A stretch of DNA of 63,720 nt, filler included, from Lama guanicoe (Eukaryota): the NCBI GenBank assembly GCA_013239625.1. It is 186 parts of 186 records of this genome, joined end to end, with 100 filler letters (N's around TTAATTAATTAA, not from the genome) between each part and the next. Parts side by side here need not be neighbours in the genome. Positions count along the whole stretch, not along the records: positions 51,787 to 52,029 come from PNXV01047025.1; positions 52,130 to 52,372 come from PNXV01047026.1; positions 52,473 to 52,715 come from PNXV01047027.1; positions 52,816 to 53,059 come from PNXV01047028.1; positions 53,160 to 53,403 come from PNXV01047029.1; positions 53,504 to 53,746 come from PNXV01047030.1; positions 53,847 to 54,090 come from PNXV01047031.1; positions 54,191 to 54,434 come from PNXV01047032.1; 178 more parts are not named here. One strand, written 5' to 3'. Positions 51,787 through 63,720 of this stretch are shown here, one piece after another. Each line of letters begins with the position of its first letter. The stretch's first letter is position 1. The notes under the pieces were generated by a model, which was not told the origin of the DNA, ran no database searches, and saw nothing but the letters and a program-made list of their open reading frames with translations. A program made the translations under genes and the position numbers.

Positions 51787-52029
51787 AACAAACAAATGAA
51801 CTCATAGGAAAAAAGATCAGATTTGTGGCTACCAGGTGAAGGGAGTGGGAAGAGAGGGAATTGTTGAAGGTGGTCCAAAGGTACAAAGTTCCAGTCGTAA
51901 GATTAACACATACTAGGGATGTAATAAGTCACCACATGAGAAATATAATTAATGCTGCTCTATGTTATATCTGATAGTGGTTAAGGGAGTAAATCCTGAG
52001 AGTTCTCATAATAAGAAAAATGTATTTTT
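51787..52029 (+). mobile_element. LINE-1 3' end
   Basis: aactcataggaaaaaagatcagatttgtggctaccagg...gaaggtggtccaaaggtacaaagttccag..tactagggatgtaat; shares the motif ggaaaaaagatcagatttgtgg with 14598..14619. Confidence 0.82.
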
Positions 52030-53161
52030 NNNNNNNNNNNNNNNNNNNNNNNNNNNNNNNNNNNNNNNNNNNNTTAATTAATTAANNNNNNNNNNNNNNN
52101 NNNNNNNNNNNNNNNNNNNNNNNNNNNNNTTATACAAAAATAACTTTTTAATGAAATGAAGCTCCATCTCATTCATAAATTTTTAAATTATTAAAAATTT
52201 TAAAAGCCTTGCTGATAAGCAAAAGTCCAAAACCTTAGTAATCCACAAGGTTTGGGAAAATAGATGCTCTGATTAATCACCGCTATTGGTGGTAAAACTT
52301 ATCTAGAAGAAAATTTGGTTGAATTATATAGACTACTATGAGTATGTTACTTTCTAGAATGTTATTTTATTTNNNNNNNNNNNNNNNNNNNNNNNNNNNN
52401 NNNNNNNNNNNNNNNNTTAATTAATTAANNNNNNNNNNNNNNNNNNNNNNNNNNNNNNNNNNNNNNNNNNNNTAGCCATCATGATAAAATCTCTTTTTCA
52501 AAAGATATCAACCCAACAGGACAAATCCACTCCCTGGGAAAAAAAAAGAAAAAAACAACAAAGCCCACCTCTAAACCTAAAATCTTTCTTTTTTCTGGTA
52601 GGAGGCCAGATGGGCTCCTCGGATGTCATGAAACACTATAGCTGGAAGCTGAATGGTTCATTGGTACCCCAGATCCCCACGTGGAGATACTAAAGATGAG
52701 AAAGGCTCTTGTTTGNNNNNNNNNNNNNNNNNNNNNNNNNNNNNNNNNNNNNNNNNNNNTTAATTAATTAANNNNNNNNNNNNNNNNNNNNNNNNNNNNN
52801 NNNNNNNNNNNNNNNTTGCGGCTGGGCGGGGGCTGTGGGCTGTGGTCTCCGTCACATGCAAAGGACAGCTGAACCCCAGAGACACAGGCTTCCCCGGCAG
52901 TGACTGCCACAGGGCTAGGAGTGCCATCTGGAGCCCACCCTTCTTGCAGCGAATGGGTAAAAACTACCATGGAAGCTTCCGTTTGGATTTGGTCTGCCAG
53001 TGACGAAGCAAGGGGCCAGGGCCACAGGGGCAGAGGGATACAGAGCTCTGTGCACCCCANNNNNNNNNNNNNNNNNNNNNNNNNNNNNNNNNNNNNNNNN
53101 NNNTTAATTAATTAANNNNNNNNNNNNNNNNNNNNNNNNNNNNNNNNNNNNNNNNNNNNTA

Positions 53162-53230
53162 AGAAATTCTGAGATGACTAATGCTATGAAGAAGCTCTGC
53201 AGAAAAAAAGTGAGATCAAGTAATAAATAA
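53162..53230 (+). CDS. Olfactory receptor family 4 (OR4A-like) C-terminal tail to stop codon; 5' partial
   Basis: (L)RNSEMTNAMKKLCRKKVRSSNK*; LRNSEMTNAMKKL is the recalled OR4A-type helix 8 motif. Confidence 0.78.
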   Translation, partial: RNSEMTNAMKKLCRKKVRSSNK

Positions 53231-53503
53231 GCACATTATCCATCATAAAGGAAAGAATTTAGCACTAGAACTAGCCTCCTTGGAATATGAAAGTCTTCAT
53301 AAATCTGATGCAAGCTTTCCTTTTCTCTGAAGAATTTGTGATCATTATAATTCAAAAATGAACTGTATCCTTCTGCTATTAATACTAGCTTTCCTGCTAA
53401 AATNNNNNNNNNNNNNNNNNNNNNNNNNNNNNNNNNNNNNNNNNNNNTTAATTAATTAANNNNNNNNNNNNNNNNNNNNNNNNNNNNNNNNNNNNNNNNN
53501 NNN

Positions 53504-53746
53504 AGAACTCAGAATTTAGAACATGGAATGCACAACACAGAATTTAGAATATTAAATACGGATTTCTGAAAATAGAATGTAGAAATAGAATGAAGAAAAC
53601 AGAATATAGAATATCTGATACGGAATGCAGAATTGAGAATAGAGAAATTAGTATTTAGGAAACAGAATATAGAATATGGAAAACAGAATAAGAACACTGA
53701 ATTTATCAAATGGTATGCAGAACACAGAATTTAGAATATAGAATAC
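53504..53746 (-). repeat. Heptamer satellite (AGAATAY)n, reverse complement of the family at 30178..30420
   Basis: agaactc agaattt agaacat ggaatgc acaacac agaattt agaatat... Confidence 0.92.
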
Positions 53747-54534
53747 NNNNNNNNNNNNNNNNNNNNNNNNNNNNNNNNNNNNNNNNNNNNTTAATTAATT
53801 AANNNNNNNNNNNNNNNNNNNNNNNNNNNNNNNNNNNNNNNNNNNNTTTGAATATTTATGATGAAAATCCTTTAACTGATGGCAACAGAGCAGCTGGTTC
53901 TAACAAAATTAGTTTCATGACAAGTATCCAAGAATAAGAAGAGGAAGAGGGAGGAGGAGAAGGAGGAGAAAGACAAGAATACATCTGGTTGTCATTAGGT
54001 CAGCATATCACATTCTGTTCGCACTTATGAGGAATGAAGTTGTAAGAGTGAGACCTGGTTGGTGTAAGGATGGGAAAAATGACCAGTGCTNNNNNNNNNN
54101 NNNNNNNNNNNNNNNNNNNNNNNNNNNNNNNNNNTTAATTAATTAANNNNNNNNNNNNNNNNNNNNNNNNNNNNNNNNNNNNNNNNNNNNTGGAGAGACG
54201 TGATGACGGGGAGAAATGGAGAGGCAGAAAAGGGGCATTTGGTCTCCCAAGAGCCAAACCAAGAATTTGGGGATTTTAGTGAAGGAAAGCGGAAAGCACC
54301 TAATGATACCCGGAGGCACTTGGAGGGCCTTTTCCGTCTCTCGTTAAGCATCCTAAGTGTCCTGCCCGAGGATAAATGTCTATCCCCAAATCTATCAACT
54401 TTTAAAACTAGTGCTGCTTTGTTTTCTGCCCTGCNNNNNNNNNNNNNNNNNNNNNNNNNNNNNNNNNNNNNNNNNNNNTTAATTAATTAANNNNNNNNNN
54501 NNNNNNNNNNNNNNNNNNNNNNNNNNNNNNNNNN

Positions 54535-54777
54535 TGCTTTTAATACAGATTCTATTTCACTTCTAGTGATTGGTTTGTTCTTATTATTAGTTCTTGATTC
54601 AGTTTTGGTGGATGACAAATTTCTAGAAACTTGTCCATTTCTTCTAGGTTGTTCAATTTGTTGGTATATAATTGTTCATAGTATTCTTTTTTATTTATTT
54701 ATTTTTGTATATCTGTGGTATTGGTTATAATTTCACCTCTTTCTTTTATAATTTTGTGTCCTCTTACATTTCTTCTT
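54535..54777 (-). mobile_element. LINE-1 ORF2 fragment
   Basis: tttctagaaacttgtccatttcttctaggttgttcaatttgttggtatataattgttcatagtattct. Confidence 0.9.
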
Positions 54778-54954
54778 NNNNNNNNNNNNNNNNNNNNNNN
54801 NNNNNNNNNNNNNNNNNNNNNTTAATTAATTAANNNNNNNNNNNNNNNNNNNNNNNNNNNNNNNNNNNNNNNNNNNNTCAGAGAAAACCTCAGTGGATCA
54901 CTGGACTCATCCTCATGATGAGCAAGATGAGCTACAGCAGCGAATTTGGACAAC

Positions 54955-55120
54955 TTTAGTAAATTTGGGAGTTTGAGATTTGCAAATGTTAAAAACAGAA
55001 TAAAAAAGAAATTTTTCTGTATAGCACAGGAAACTATATTCAATAATCTTGTAGTAACCTTTAATGGAAAAGACTATGAAAATGAATATATGTATATATA
55101 AGCATGACTGGGACATTATG
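54955..55120 (+). mobile_element. LINE-1 3' terminus (artiodactyl/camelid type)
   Basis: ggagtttgagatttgcaaat..ctgtatagcacaggaaactatattcaataatcttgtagtaacc..atgactgggacattatg. Confidence 0.8.
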
Positions 55121-56940
55121 NNNNNNNNNNNNNNNNNNNNNNNNNNNNNNNNNNNNNNNNNNNNTTAATTAATTAANNNNNNNNNNNNNNNNNNNNNNNN
55201 NNNNNNNNNNNNNNNNNNNNGAGTCCAGGCACTCTTCTATAAAAGCTGTGGCCTGAACAAGCCACAAGACCTCTCCAAGTTTTTGTTTCCTTATTGTTAC
55301 AAGGATAATATGATTAAATGAGATGCTGTGTCCAGCATACCATGAATATCTTAAAGGCTAGTTTCCATCTCTCCTTCAACTTCTCACATCCAGCTGAGAG
55401 ACCCAGGTTACTTACTGTGATTTTCCTTAGTCTTCTGGTTCCCACAGCTCAAATTACTCTATCANNNNNNNNNNNNNNNNNNNNNNNNNNNNNNNNNNNN
55501 NNNNNNNNTTAATTAATTAANNNNNNNNNNNNNNNNNNNNNNNNNNNNNNNNNNNNNNNNNNNNATGTGAACATCTGTAGACTTACTGAATTGTTTCAAT
55601 CAACCTGATTAAATCTGTTTATAAATCACTATTTATAAATCGTCAGTAATCTGTTGTCAATAAAAGCAAACATTTCATATCTAAATCAACACAATTTAGA
55701 TCAACACAATAAATCAGCACAATAAATCTTGGAACAACTGGTATAATTTTTAAAGTTAATTGATGCTACTTTTAATTAATTTGAACTCATTTCTGAGACA
55801 AAATGAGTNNNNNNNNNNNNNNNNNNNNNNNNNNNNNNNNNNNNNNNNNNNNTTAATTAATTAANNNNNNNNNNNNNNNNNNNNNNNNNNNNNNNNNNNN
55901 NNNNNNNNTGCTTTTAAATTTTTATTTAATTTATATGTATTATAAAAAGGAGGAGGAGAGAGTTATCTCTGGGTTCCAACAACGTGGTGGCTTCTGGTGG
56001 CCCTGGAGAAGGTCATCTCTCATCCAGAACTGATACACTTTGTCAAGACTCAGGATATTTAAGGTAGATCTGTCCATGAGTCCAGAGAATTCATCAAAGT
56101 CTTCCCTACAACTATGGGTCACTGTGTCCCAGTTGCCCAAAGAGCGTGTCCCNNNNNNNNNNNNNNNNNNNNNNNNNNNNNNNNNNNNNNNNNNNNTTAA
56201 TTAATTAANNNNNNNNNNNNNNNNNNNNNNNNNNNNNNNNNNNNNNNNNNNNTTATCATTGTCTTAAATGAATGTATATATTAAATTAATATTAGCCTAT
56301 TAGGTGTTGAGAACAAAAATGGACAATAGAGAAGGATCTCTTGTAACATAGTTATTTGGAGAATAGATTCTGAGATGTACATCAATTACATCAGAATCAT
56401 CCAGTATTCCCACTAAAGAGAAAACTCTAAATAGATTCTATCTGTGGTAAAACTGGTCACATACCTAAACTTAAAAGACAGAGGTTTCATTCTAATNNNN
56501 NNNNNNNNNNNNNNNNNNNNNNNNNNNNNNNNNNNNNNNNTTAATTAATTAANNNNNNNNNNNNNNNNNNNNNNNNNNNNNNNNNNNNNNNNNNNNAACT
56601 TTCAGGTCTTAATAATTTTCCTTGAACTTGCAACAAAGAATATCTAACTCACCGGTAGCCCACGTACCTCATATCTTCGTTTTACATCTGAAGTGAGGAA
56701 ACCTAGCCTATGTCCACAGCTTGCACATTCTTCAATGTCTTCCTAGGAGAACACGTGAAGAGACATTCTAGCTGTGATGTGACTTTTATCACACTCCAAG
56801 CACTTTTCCAATGAACCATGGGAGACACAAAAGCAGGAAANNNNNNNNNNNNNNNNNNNNNNNNNNNNNNNNNNNNNNNNNNNNTTAATTAATTAANNNN
56901 NNNNNNNNNNNNNNNNNNNNNNNNNNNNNNNNNNNNNNNN

Positions 56941-57184
56941 CCTACACGGGCCCCTCCCCCATTGCCCCGCCCAGCGAGGGCCTGCCTGGAAAGTGCCTCG
57001 AGCAACGCCCCAGCCCAAGCGGGCCCTGTTCTGCCCAAGATCCCTGGCGCGCGGACGGCGGGACAGCCCGGCTGGGGGCGTGCCCGGGCTCGGGGTCGGG
57101 ATCGAGGGGCCGGGCCGGGGCCGGGGCCGACGCCGCAGTTGAGTCCACCGAGGCCGAGCGGGGGCTGCGCGGAAGGGCGCGGCC
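56941..57184. promoter_or_regulatory. CpG-island fragment (promoter or first-intron-like)
   Basis: Very high GC and CpG content, GGGGCC repeats; no recognisable protein in any frame. Confidence 0.55.
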
Positions 57185-57284
57185 NNNNNNNNNNNNNNNN
57201 NNNNNNNNNNNNNNNNNNNNNNNNNNNNTTAATTAATTAANNNNNNNNNNNNNNNNNNNNNNNNNNNNNNNNNNNNNNNNNNNN

Positions 57285-57528
57285 ACTATATTTACTAAGT
57301 GAAATAAGTCAGAGAAAGACAAATATCATATGACCTCATTTATATGTAGAATTTAAAAGATGAACAAATTCATAGATATGGAGAACAGATTGGTGGGGCT
57401 GGATGAAATGTGTGAAGGTGGTCAAAAGGTACAAACTCTCACCTATAAGTCATGGGGACATATGTGCAGCCTAGTGACTATAGTTATTAATACTGTATTG
57501 TATATTTAAAAGTTGCTAAGAGAATAGA
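57285..57528 (+). mobile_element. L1MA-type 3' UTR
   Basis: ctaagtgaaataagtcagagaaagacaaatatcatatg...gaaggtggtcaaaaggtacaaact..gtgactatagtta.taatactgtattg..aagttgctaagaga. Confidence 0.88.
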
Positions 57529-58660
57529 NNNNNNNNNNNNNNNNNNNNNNNNNNNNNNNNNNNNNNNNNNNNTTAATTAATTAANNNNNNNNNNNNNNNN
57601 NNNNNNNNNNNNNNNNNNNNNNNNNNNNTTTGTTTGTTTGTTTTCTCATTTCTCTGCAACAGGCAACTTCTGAAAAAAATCCAGGAATAAAACAGCTTTG
57701 AGGTGTGAGGTCACAATAACCTGATTTAGTGCAGAAGGTAAGCAATCCAACCAGGGACCTGTTTCTGACACTCCACGTTCTGGTTTTCAGATCAGAAAGG
57801 TACTTTCCTTTTCAGACACCTCCACACGCATGCCGTGGGGTGTTTTGGATTCTGTTGCAGGACCGAGGTAACNNNNNNNNNNNNNNNNNNNNNNNNNNNN
57901 NNNNNNNNNNNNNNNNTTAATTAATTAANNNNNNNNNNNNNNNNNNNNNNNNNNNNNNNNNNNNNNNNNNNNTTGTAAGCTCAGCTATCCGAGGTCACCT
58001 CCGTGAGGCTCTGAGGAGAGCCAAGTGTCTGTTTCCGTCTCTACCAGTGCCTTGCTGGTGACTTCGAACCCAATCTCTTGGTCACTCAAGTCTTGCTAGG
58101 TCCCCTGTTCAGGAGATTTAATAAATTTTTCTAGTAACACATCTCATTTCCATCCTGGTTCCATGAAGGACTTGTAAGGGTAGATTCAATGCATGCTGCC
58201 ATTGTAGGGAGTCACANNNNNNNNNNNNNNNNNNNNNNNNNNNNNNNNNNNNNNNNNNNNTTAATTAATTAANNNNNNNNNNNNNNNNNNNNNNNNNNNN
58301 NNNNNNNNNNNNNNNNACACAGGTCCTCCCCCTCACCATTCTGTCCCCAAACTCTGATCCAGCTGTCTCGGTGGCGAGCCCAGTGGGAGATGCTACATGC
58401 CTGAGATGCTTGGCATGGGGCCAAGCACACACAGGCACGGTGTGTCGAGGAAGAGCAGACACTCAGCTGTCAAGTCAGTGTTTACTGGGTGCCACACAGG
58501 TGCTCGGGACTGTTCCAAGCACTTTAAAGTAGGAAGTAGCTTAATCTTCGCAACTGTCCCNNNNNNNNNNNNNNNNNNNNNNNNNNNNNNNNNNNNNNNN
58601 NNNNTTAATTAATTAANNNNNNNNNNNNNNNNNNNNNNNNNNNNNNNNNNNNNNNNNNNN

Positions 58661-58875
58661 ATAACATGCCATCTGTAAACAGAGAAAATCTTACTTCCTC
58701 CTTTCCAGTTTGAATGCCCTTTATATCTTCTTCTTGCCTAACTTCTCTGGCCATGGCTTCCAGTACAATGCTGAATAGAACTGGTGAGAATGGATGTCCT
58801 GATTGTTCCTGATCCTGGAGGGAAAGCTTTCAGATTGTCACTGTGGAGTATGATGTTAGCTGTGGGCTGGTCAAA
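58661..58875 (-). mobile_element. LINE-1 ORF2 (RT) fragment
   Basis: cttccagtacaatgctgaatagaactggtgagaatgga..ttgttcctgatc..gggaaagctttcag..gtatgatgttagctgtggg. Confidence 0.9.
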
Positions 58876-59004
58876 CATGAGCATGTTGTTTAATCTCCAC
58901 ACATNNNNNNNNNNNNNNNNNNNNNNNNNNNNNNNNNNNNNNNNNNNNTTAATTAATTAANNNNNNNNNNNNNNNNNNNNNNNNNNNNNNNNNNNNNNNN
59001 NNNN

Positions 59005-59248
59005 GAAGACACTGCCAAAATAGAAAACTACAGGACAGTATCTTTGATGAAAAAAAGATGTAGAATTTCTCAACAAAATACTAGCAAACTGAATTCAACA
59101 ACACATAAAAAATATCCTACACTATGATCAAGTTGAATTAACCCCAGGGTCACAAGGATGGTTCAACATATGTAAATTAACCAATGTGATACACTACATC
59201 AACAGAAGGACAAAAACCACACGATTTTCTCAATAGATGTGGAAAAAA
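59005..59248 (+). mobile_element. LINE-1 ORF2 RT N-terminal fragment
   Basis: ENYRTVSLM / [46 protein letters not shown]. Confidence 0.93.
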
Positions 59249-60795
59249 NNNNNNNNNNNNNNNNNNNNNNNNNNNNNNNNNNNNNNNNNNNNTTAATTAA
59301 TTAANNNNNNNNNNNNNNNNNNNNNNNNNNNNNNNNNNNNNNNNNNNNCTTCAGAGCAGTACAAATGTTGACTTTGACACCAACAGCTGCTGACGTGAAC
59401 CTGGCAGGAATTTGTGAGAAGTGGTGGGTGCCATTACAAGCAGGAGAGTCCTGTAGCTCTTGGAGTGAACAGGCAATGGGGAGAGCAGATATGGTGACCA
59501 CCCGAGGGCTATTTGTGTCCTGAATGTGAAAATGTCTGGTCCTCTTTTCAATTTTGCAGCCACAACTTCACATGACTCAGGGCATTATTTCCNNNNNNNN
59601 NNNNNNNNNNNNNNNNNNNNNNNNNNNNNNNNNNNNTTAATTAATTAANNNNNNNNNNNNNNNNNNNNNNNNNNNNNNNNNNNNNNNNNNNNATAGCCTG
59701 GTATGGAGGACAGCTGATTTATGCTGATTTGTGCAAGCAGCCGTAGTTACATGAAAACAAAGTAACTATAAAATACCTGACAACCATTCTGAGTAGTTTT
59801 GCAAACAAGTTCATCAACGCATGTATCATATTTTTGACACCCTCACTATCAACTCTGGCAATGGCATTGTCTGCAAATAACAATTTTATTTTTCACAAGT
59901 GTGTTACAATTAGAATTAGGAAAATTTAACCCAATGNNNNNNNNNNNNNNNNNNNNNNNNNNNNNNNNNNNNNNNNNNNNTTAATTAATTAANNNNNNNN
60001 NNNNNNNNNNNNNNNNNNNNNNNNNNNNNNNNNNNNTAAAAACATAAAAAGTGAAAGAAACACATGCATGCACATAAGAATGAAATGGCAGAAAACCAGT
60101 AACAAGATGTGAAGGGCAGCCAGTGGCCTGAAGGGGTTTCTGAAGTCACATGATCTTCAAAGAAATGGTAGGAAAATTATAAGTGACATCTGAAAAGAAA
60201 GGGGAAGCCAGAAAACAATGTGCTCGAAGACAATAAAAGGAACTGTTTAACTAAAATTCTATACCCAGCAAAATGGTCCTNNNNNNNNNNNNNNNNNNNN
60301 NNNNNNNNNNNNNNNNNNNNNNNNTTAATTAATTAANNNNNNNNNNNNNNNNNNNNNNNNNNNNNNNNNNNNNNNNNNNNTTGCATAAGCTCATTTAAGC
60401 ATCGTGAGAATTCACAACTGACAAAATAGTCAGGTTTGCTGACTCAGGGTACATTGATGAAGGGGGTGTGGTCGGGTAGGAGGAAGCTTACAGCACTGCA
60501 CGTGTTGAGTTGGGTGATGACTCATTCTGCCCACCGACTGCTCCGTGGCCCTTATTTTATACACTGTATTTTTTAAAATGGAAGGCTAAAATGCTGCTGT
60601 CTACATTATAATTCTCTCTCATAGNNNNNNNNNNNNNNNNNNNNNNNNNNNNNNNNNNNNNNNNNNNNTTAATTAATTAANNNNNNNNNNNNNNNNNNNN
60701 NNNNNNNNNNNNNNNNNNNNNNNNAGCATACTGGGATTTCAGTGGGAATTGCGTTGCCTTCTAGACCCACATATGGAGGTCTTTGCTCTGTTGCT

Positions 60796-60926
60796 GCTTT
60801 GATGCTTATTTGGCGGCGGGTGATTAGGTTTATTTATATATTTTTAGAGACAGTGCTTTGGATTGAACCCAGAATCCTGTTCATGCTGAGCACACACTCT
60901 GCAACTTGAGCTGTGCCCTCTCCTCC
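60796..60926 (-). mobile_element. Complete diverged Vic-1-type SINE with 12-bp target-site duplication
   Basis: Antisense tRNA-like head (ggattgaacccag...gagctgtgccctc) plus tail ggcggcgggtgattaggtttatttat; direct repeat TGCTCTGTTGCT at 60784..60795 and 60927..60938. Confidence 0.85.
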
Positions 60927-61756
60927 TGCTCTGTTGCTTCTTAAAGCAGTCTCGTCTCCAGGGCCCTGNNNNNNNNNNNNNNNNNNNNNNNNNNNNNNNN
61001 NNNNNNNNNNNNTTAATTAATTAANNNNNNNNNNNNNNNNNNNNNNNNNNNNNNNNNNNNNNNNNNNNTGAATATCTGAGTGTCTGTAAGATGGAATTTC
61101 TGTCTCCATTGTGGCTCCCTCCAAGTTACATGTGACCATGAGTACTGGTGCAGTTGGAGGCCAAAGCTGGGTGAAACACTGAGACCCTGTTTCTACTAGG
61201 TTCTCTGAAATTGAGGACTCATATATGCTAGTCAGGGGGCCTAGGCTGCAGACACCAAATCTACTCTTCCCTCAGTTGAGCCTCCTTTATGTGTTTTAGC
61301 CCAGCAAACTTCNNNNNNNNNNNNNNNNNNNNNNNNNNNNNNNNNNNNNNNNNNNNTTAATTAATTAANNNNNNNNNNNNNNNNNNNNNNNNNNNNNNNN
61401 NNNNNNNNNNNNTGGTGTCTGCTCCAGAGCAGGCATGCTTGGAAGCCTTCATGGCTCCTGATCTGTCTCCAGAGTTACAGGACCCTCCCTCTTCACTCTC
61501 CCTCGCACTTGTTAGGGTCAGATCCCTAGCACACCCCTCACGGTGCAAAGCCTGCATCCTGCCTTTAGGACACCAGGCTGCCTTAGTGTCGGGACACTTC
61601 TGGGCCGCCTCCCGGTGGCTTCTGCTGTCTTCAGGCATCGGGGGGAGCTTCTGGGGNNNNNNNNNNNNNNNNNNNNNNNNNNNNNNNNNNNNNNNNNNNN
61701 TTAATTAATTAANNNNNNNNNNNNNNNNNNNNNNNNNNNNNNNNNNNNNNNNNNNN

Positions 61757-62000
<244 letters not shown>

Positions 62001-62169
62001 NNNNNNNNNNNNNNNNNNNNNNNNNNNNNNNNNNNNNNNNNNNNTTAATTAATTAANNNNNNNNNNNNNNNNNNNNNNNNNNNNNNNNNNNNNNNNNNNN
62101 TCACGCCTGCCTGGCGGGCATCCTCCACGTGGGCGCTGGGCTGCTCTGCGACTCGCTCAGAGCAGCAGA

Positions 62170-62344
62170 ATATGGCAGAAGCAACACCGGGCCCGGGCCT
62201 TGAGAGGCAGGAAGCACACGCCTTTGGCCCTTGGGAAGCATTGAGCCAACACGTGAGAAACGAGGTCTCCGCGCAGCAGGGACCGTCTGGAGAGCTCGTG
62301 AGATTACATGGGGGTGGGGAGACCCAGCTGCCCCAGCTGGTCCC
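62170..62344 (+). mobile_element. MLT1F/G/H-like MaLR LTR fragment
   Basis: gggccttgagaggc..tttggcccttggga..tgagccaacacgtgagaa..tggagag..tgagattacatgg..cccagctgccccagctg. Confidence 0.55.
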
Positions 62345-62788
62345 NNNNNNNNNNNNNNNNNNNNNNNNNNNNNNNNNNNNNNNNNNNNTTAATTAATTAA
62401 NNNNNNNNNNNNNNNNNNNNNNNNNNNNNNNNNNNNNNNNNNNNTAATAAATTTTCATCTACCAGTTAGGCCCCTCATTCCATTAGACAGGGAGTTGAAA
62501 AGACACGGGCCCATTCATATCTTCTCTCAGACGTAGAAATTTCCCCCACTGATATCTGGATTATATCCATCGCAACCAGGATGGCAGAAAAGTAGTATGA
62601 AAGTCCCCAAATGGTTCTCCAAAAACATTCATCCTCCTCCCATACTGTAAACAATGAGAGGCAAGGATGATTTTGCTGTCCTGGGTCTNNNNNNNNNNNN
62701 NNNNNNNNNNNNNNNNNNNNNNNNNNNNNNNNTTAATTAATTAANNNNNNNNNNNNNNNNNNNNNNNNNNNNNNNNNNNNNNNNNNNN

Positions 62789-62922
62789 AATCATGAGGGC
62801 TTCACCTTCATGACTTCATCTAAGCCTCACCATATCCCAAAGGCCCCATCTCCAAATACCATCACCTTGGTATTAGGGCTCCAGCTTACAGATTTTAAGA
62901 GGACAAACATCCAGTCCATATT
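62789..62922 (-). mobile_element. MLT1A-like LTR, 5' part
   Basis: catgagggcttcaccttcatgacttcatctaa..cccaaaggccccatctccaaataccatcac..ggacaaacatccagtccata. Confidence 0.85.
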
Positions 62923-63720
62923 CATTATGGAGCAGCAATGAAAAGTAAACAAATGAAAATATATGTTGATGATGATATAAAGATTGATAAATATTCAATT
63001 TTGATAAATTTGATAGAGAAGTCAAATAAGTANNNNNNNNNNNNNNNNNNNNNNNNNNNNNNNNNNNNNNNNNNNNTTAATTAATTAANNNNNNNNNNNN
63101 NNNNNNNNNNNNNNNNNNNNNNNNNNNNNNNNGTGGCCCCAGGTCTGTCCAGCTCGCAGATTCACCAGGAGATGCTCGTGCATCCCTATGGATTCCAGTT
63201 CTCACTGCTGAGAGTAACTGAGGAGGCGCTTCACACATGGACCGCCACACAGAAGGGCTGGCCTGAAGGTTAGTTTCAGGCTACAGATAATGATCTTTTC
63301 CTTCCCAGAGAGGAATGATCTTTGAGCAGTCTCCAGCTCCATTTGCTTTTCTCTCTAGAATCTTTTTTTTTTTTTTNNNNNNNNNNNNNNNNNNNNNNNN
63401 NNNNNNNNNNNNNNNNNNNNTTAATTAATTAANNNNNNNNNNNNNNNNNNNNNNNNNNNNNNNNNNNNNNNNNNNNGGTATTTACTGTTGATTACCAAAA
63501 AAGTTTTTAATAACCTCAGTGACAATAGTAATCAAGAGTCAAGGAGAAATTTAAAAAATATTTGAGTAACTGATACCAGAGCTAATCGTTAATGAAATAA
63601 GGGAAGGAGGAAAGGGAGAAAATGAAGATGACTTTAAGCGTTCTAAATTTAGGAAGCCAAAATAGGAAACAGTTAAGGAGGAGGGTGGATTGTGGGGAAA
63701 ATGATTTCATTTATTTTTGT

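Noticed and set aside
56650..56700. Possible 34-bp minus-strand micro-exon (ttcag|...|gtgagt)
   Set aside because: Splice-like motifs only, with a competing internal donor; too short to support

Overview
This window is not contiguous DNA. It is an artificial pseudo-scaffold of 186 unrelated short contigs (mostly 243 bp, mostly 244 bp from 52816 onward, so length-sorted). They are joined by 185 identical 100-bp linkers (N44-TTAATTAATTAA-N44, stops in all six frames). The DNA is placental mammal, and Vic-1-type tRNA-derived SINEs point to a camelid (alpaca/llama/camel). Most contigs are intronic/intergenic or transposon debris (L1, L2, L3/CR1, MIR, MLT1, MER2/3/20, an ERV-L-type integrase relic). 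Recognisable gene pieces are AMER2, a GRK4-subfamily kinase exon, an ITGA7 exon, the MUC2 CysD/PTS junction, the FBRSL1 start exon, two olfactory-receptor C-termini, a C2H2 zinc-finger array and a disabled TRAPPC9 copy. Gene and repeat names come from recalled protein/consensus sequences, not from searches. Most supplied ORFs are artefacts running into N. I found no supportable novel multi-gene system, because adjacency here is meaningless. The best leads are the TRAPPC9 pseudo-copy, a heptamer satellite with apparent higher-order structure, a 95.5% identical contig pair with exact 49-bp shared ends, and one unexplained 77-codon ORF.
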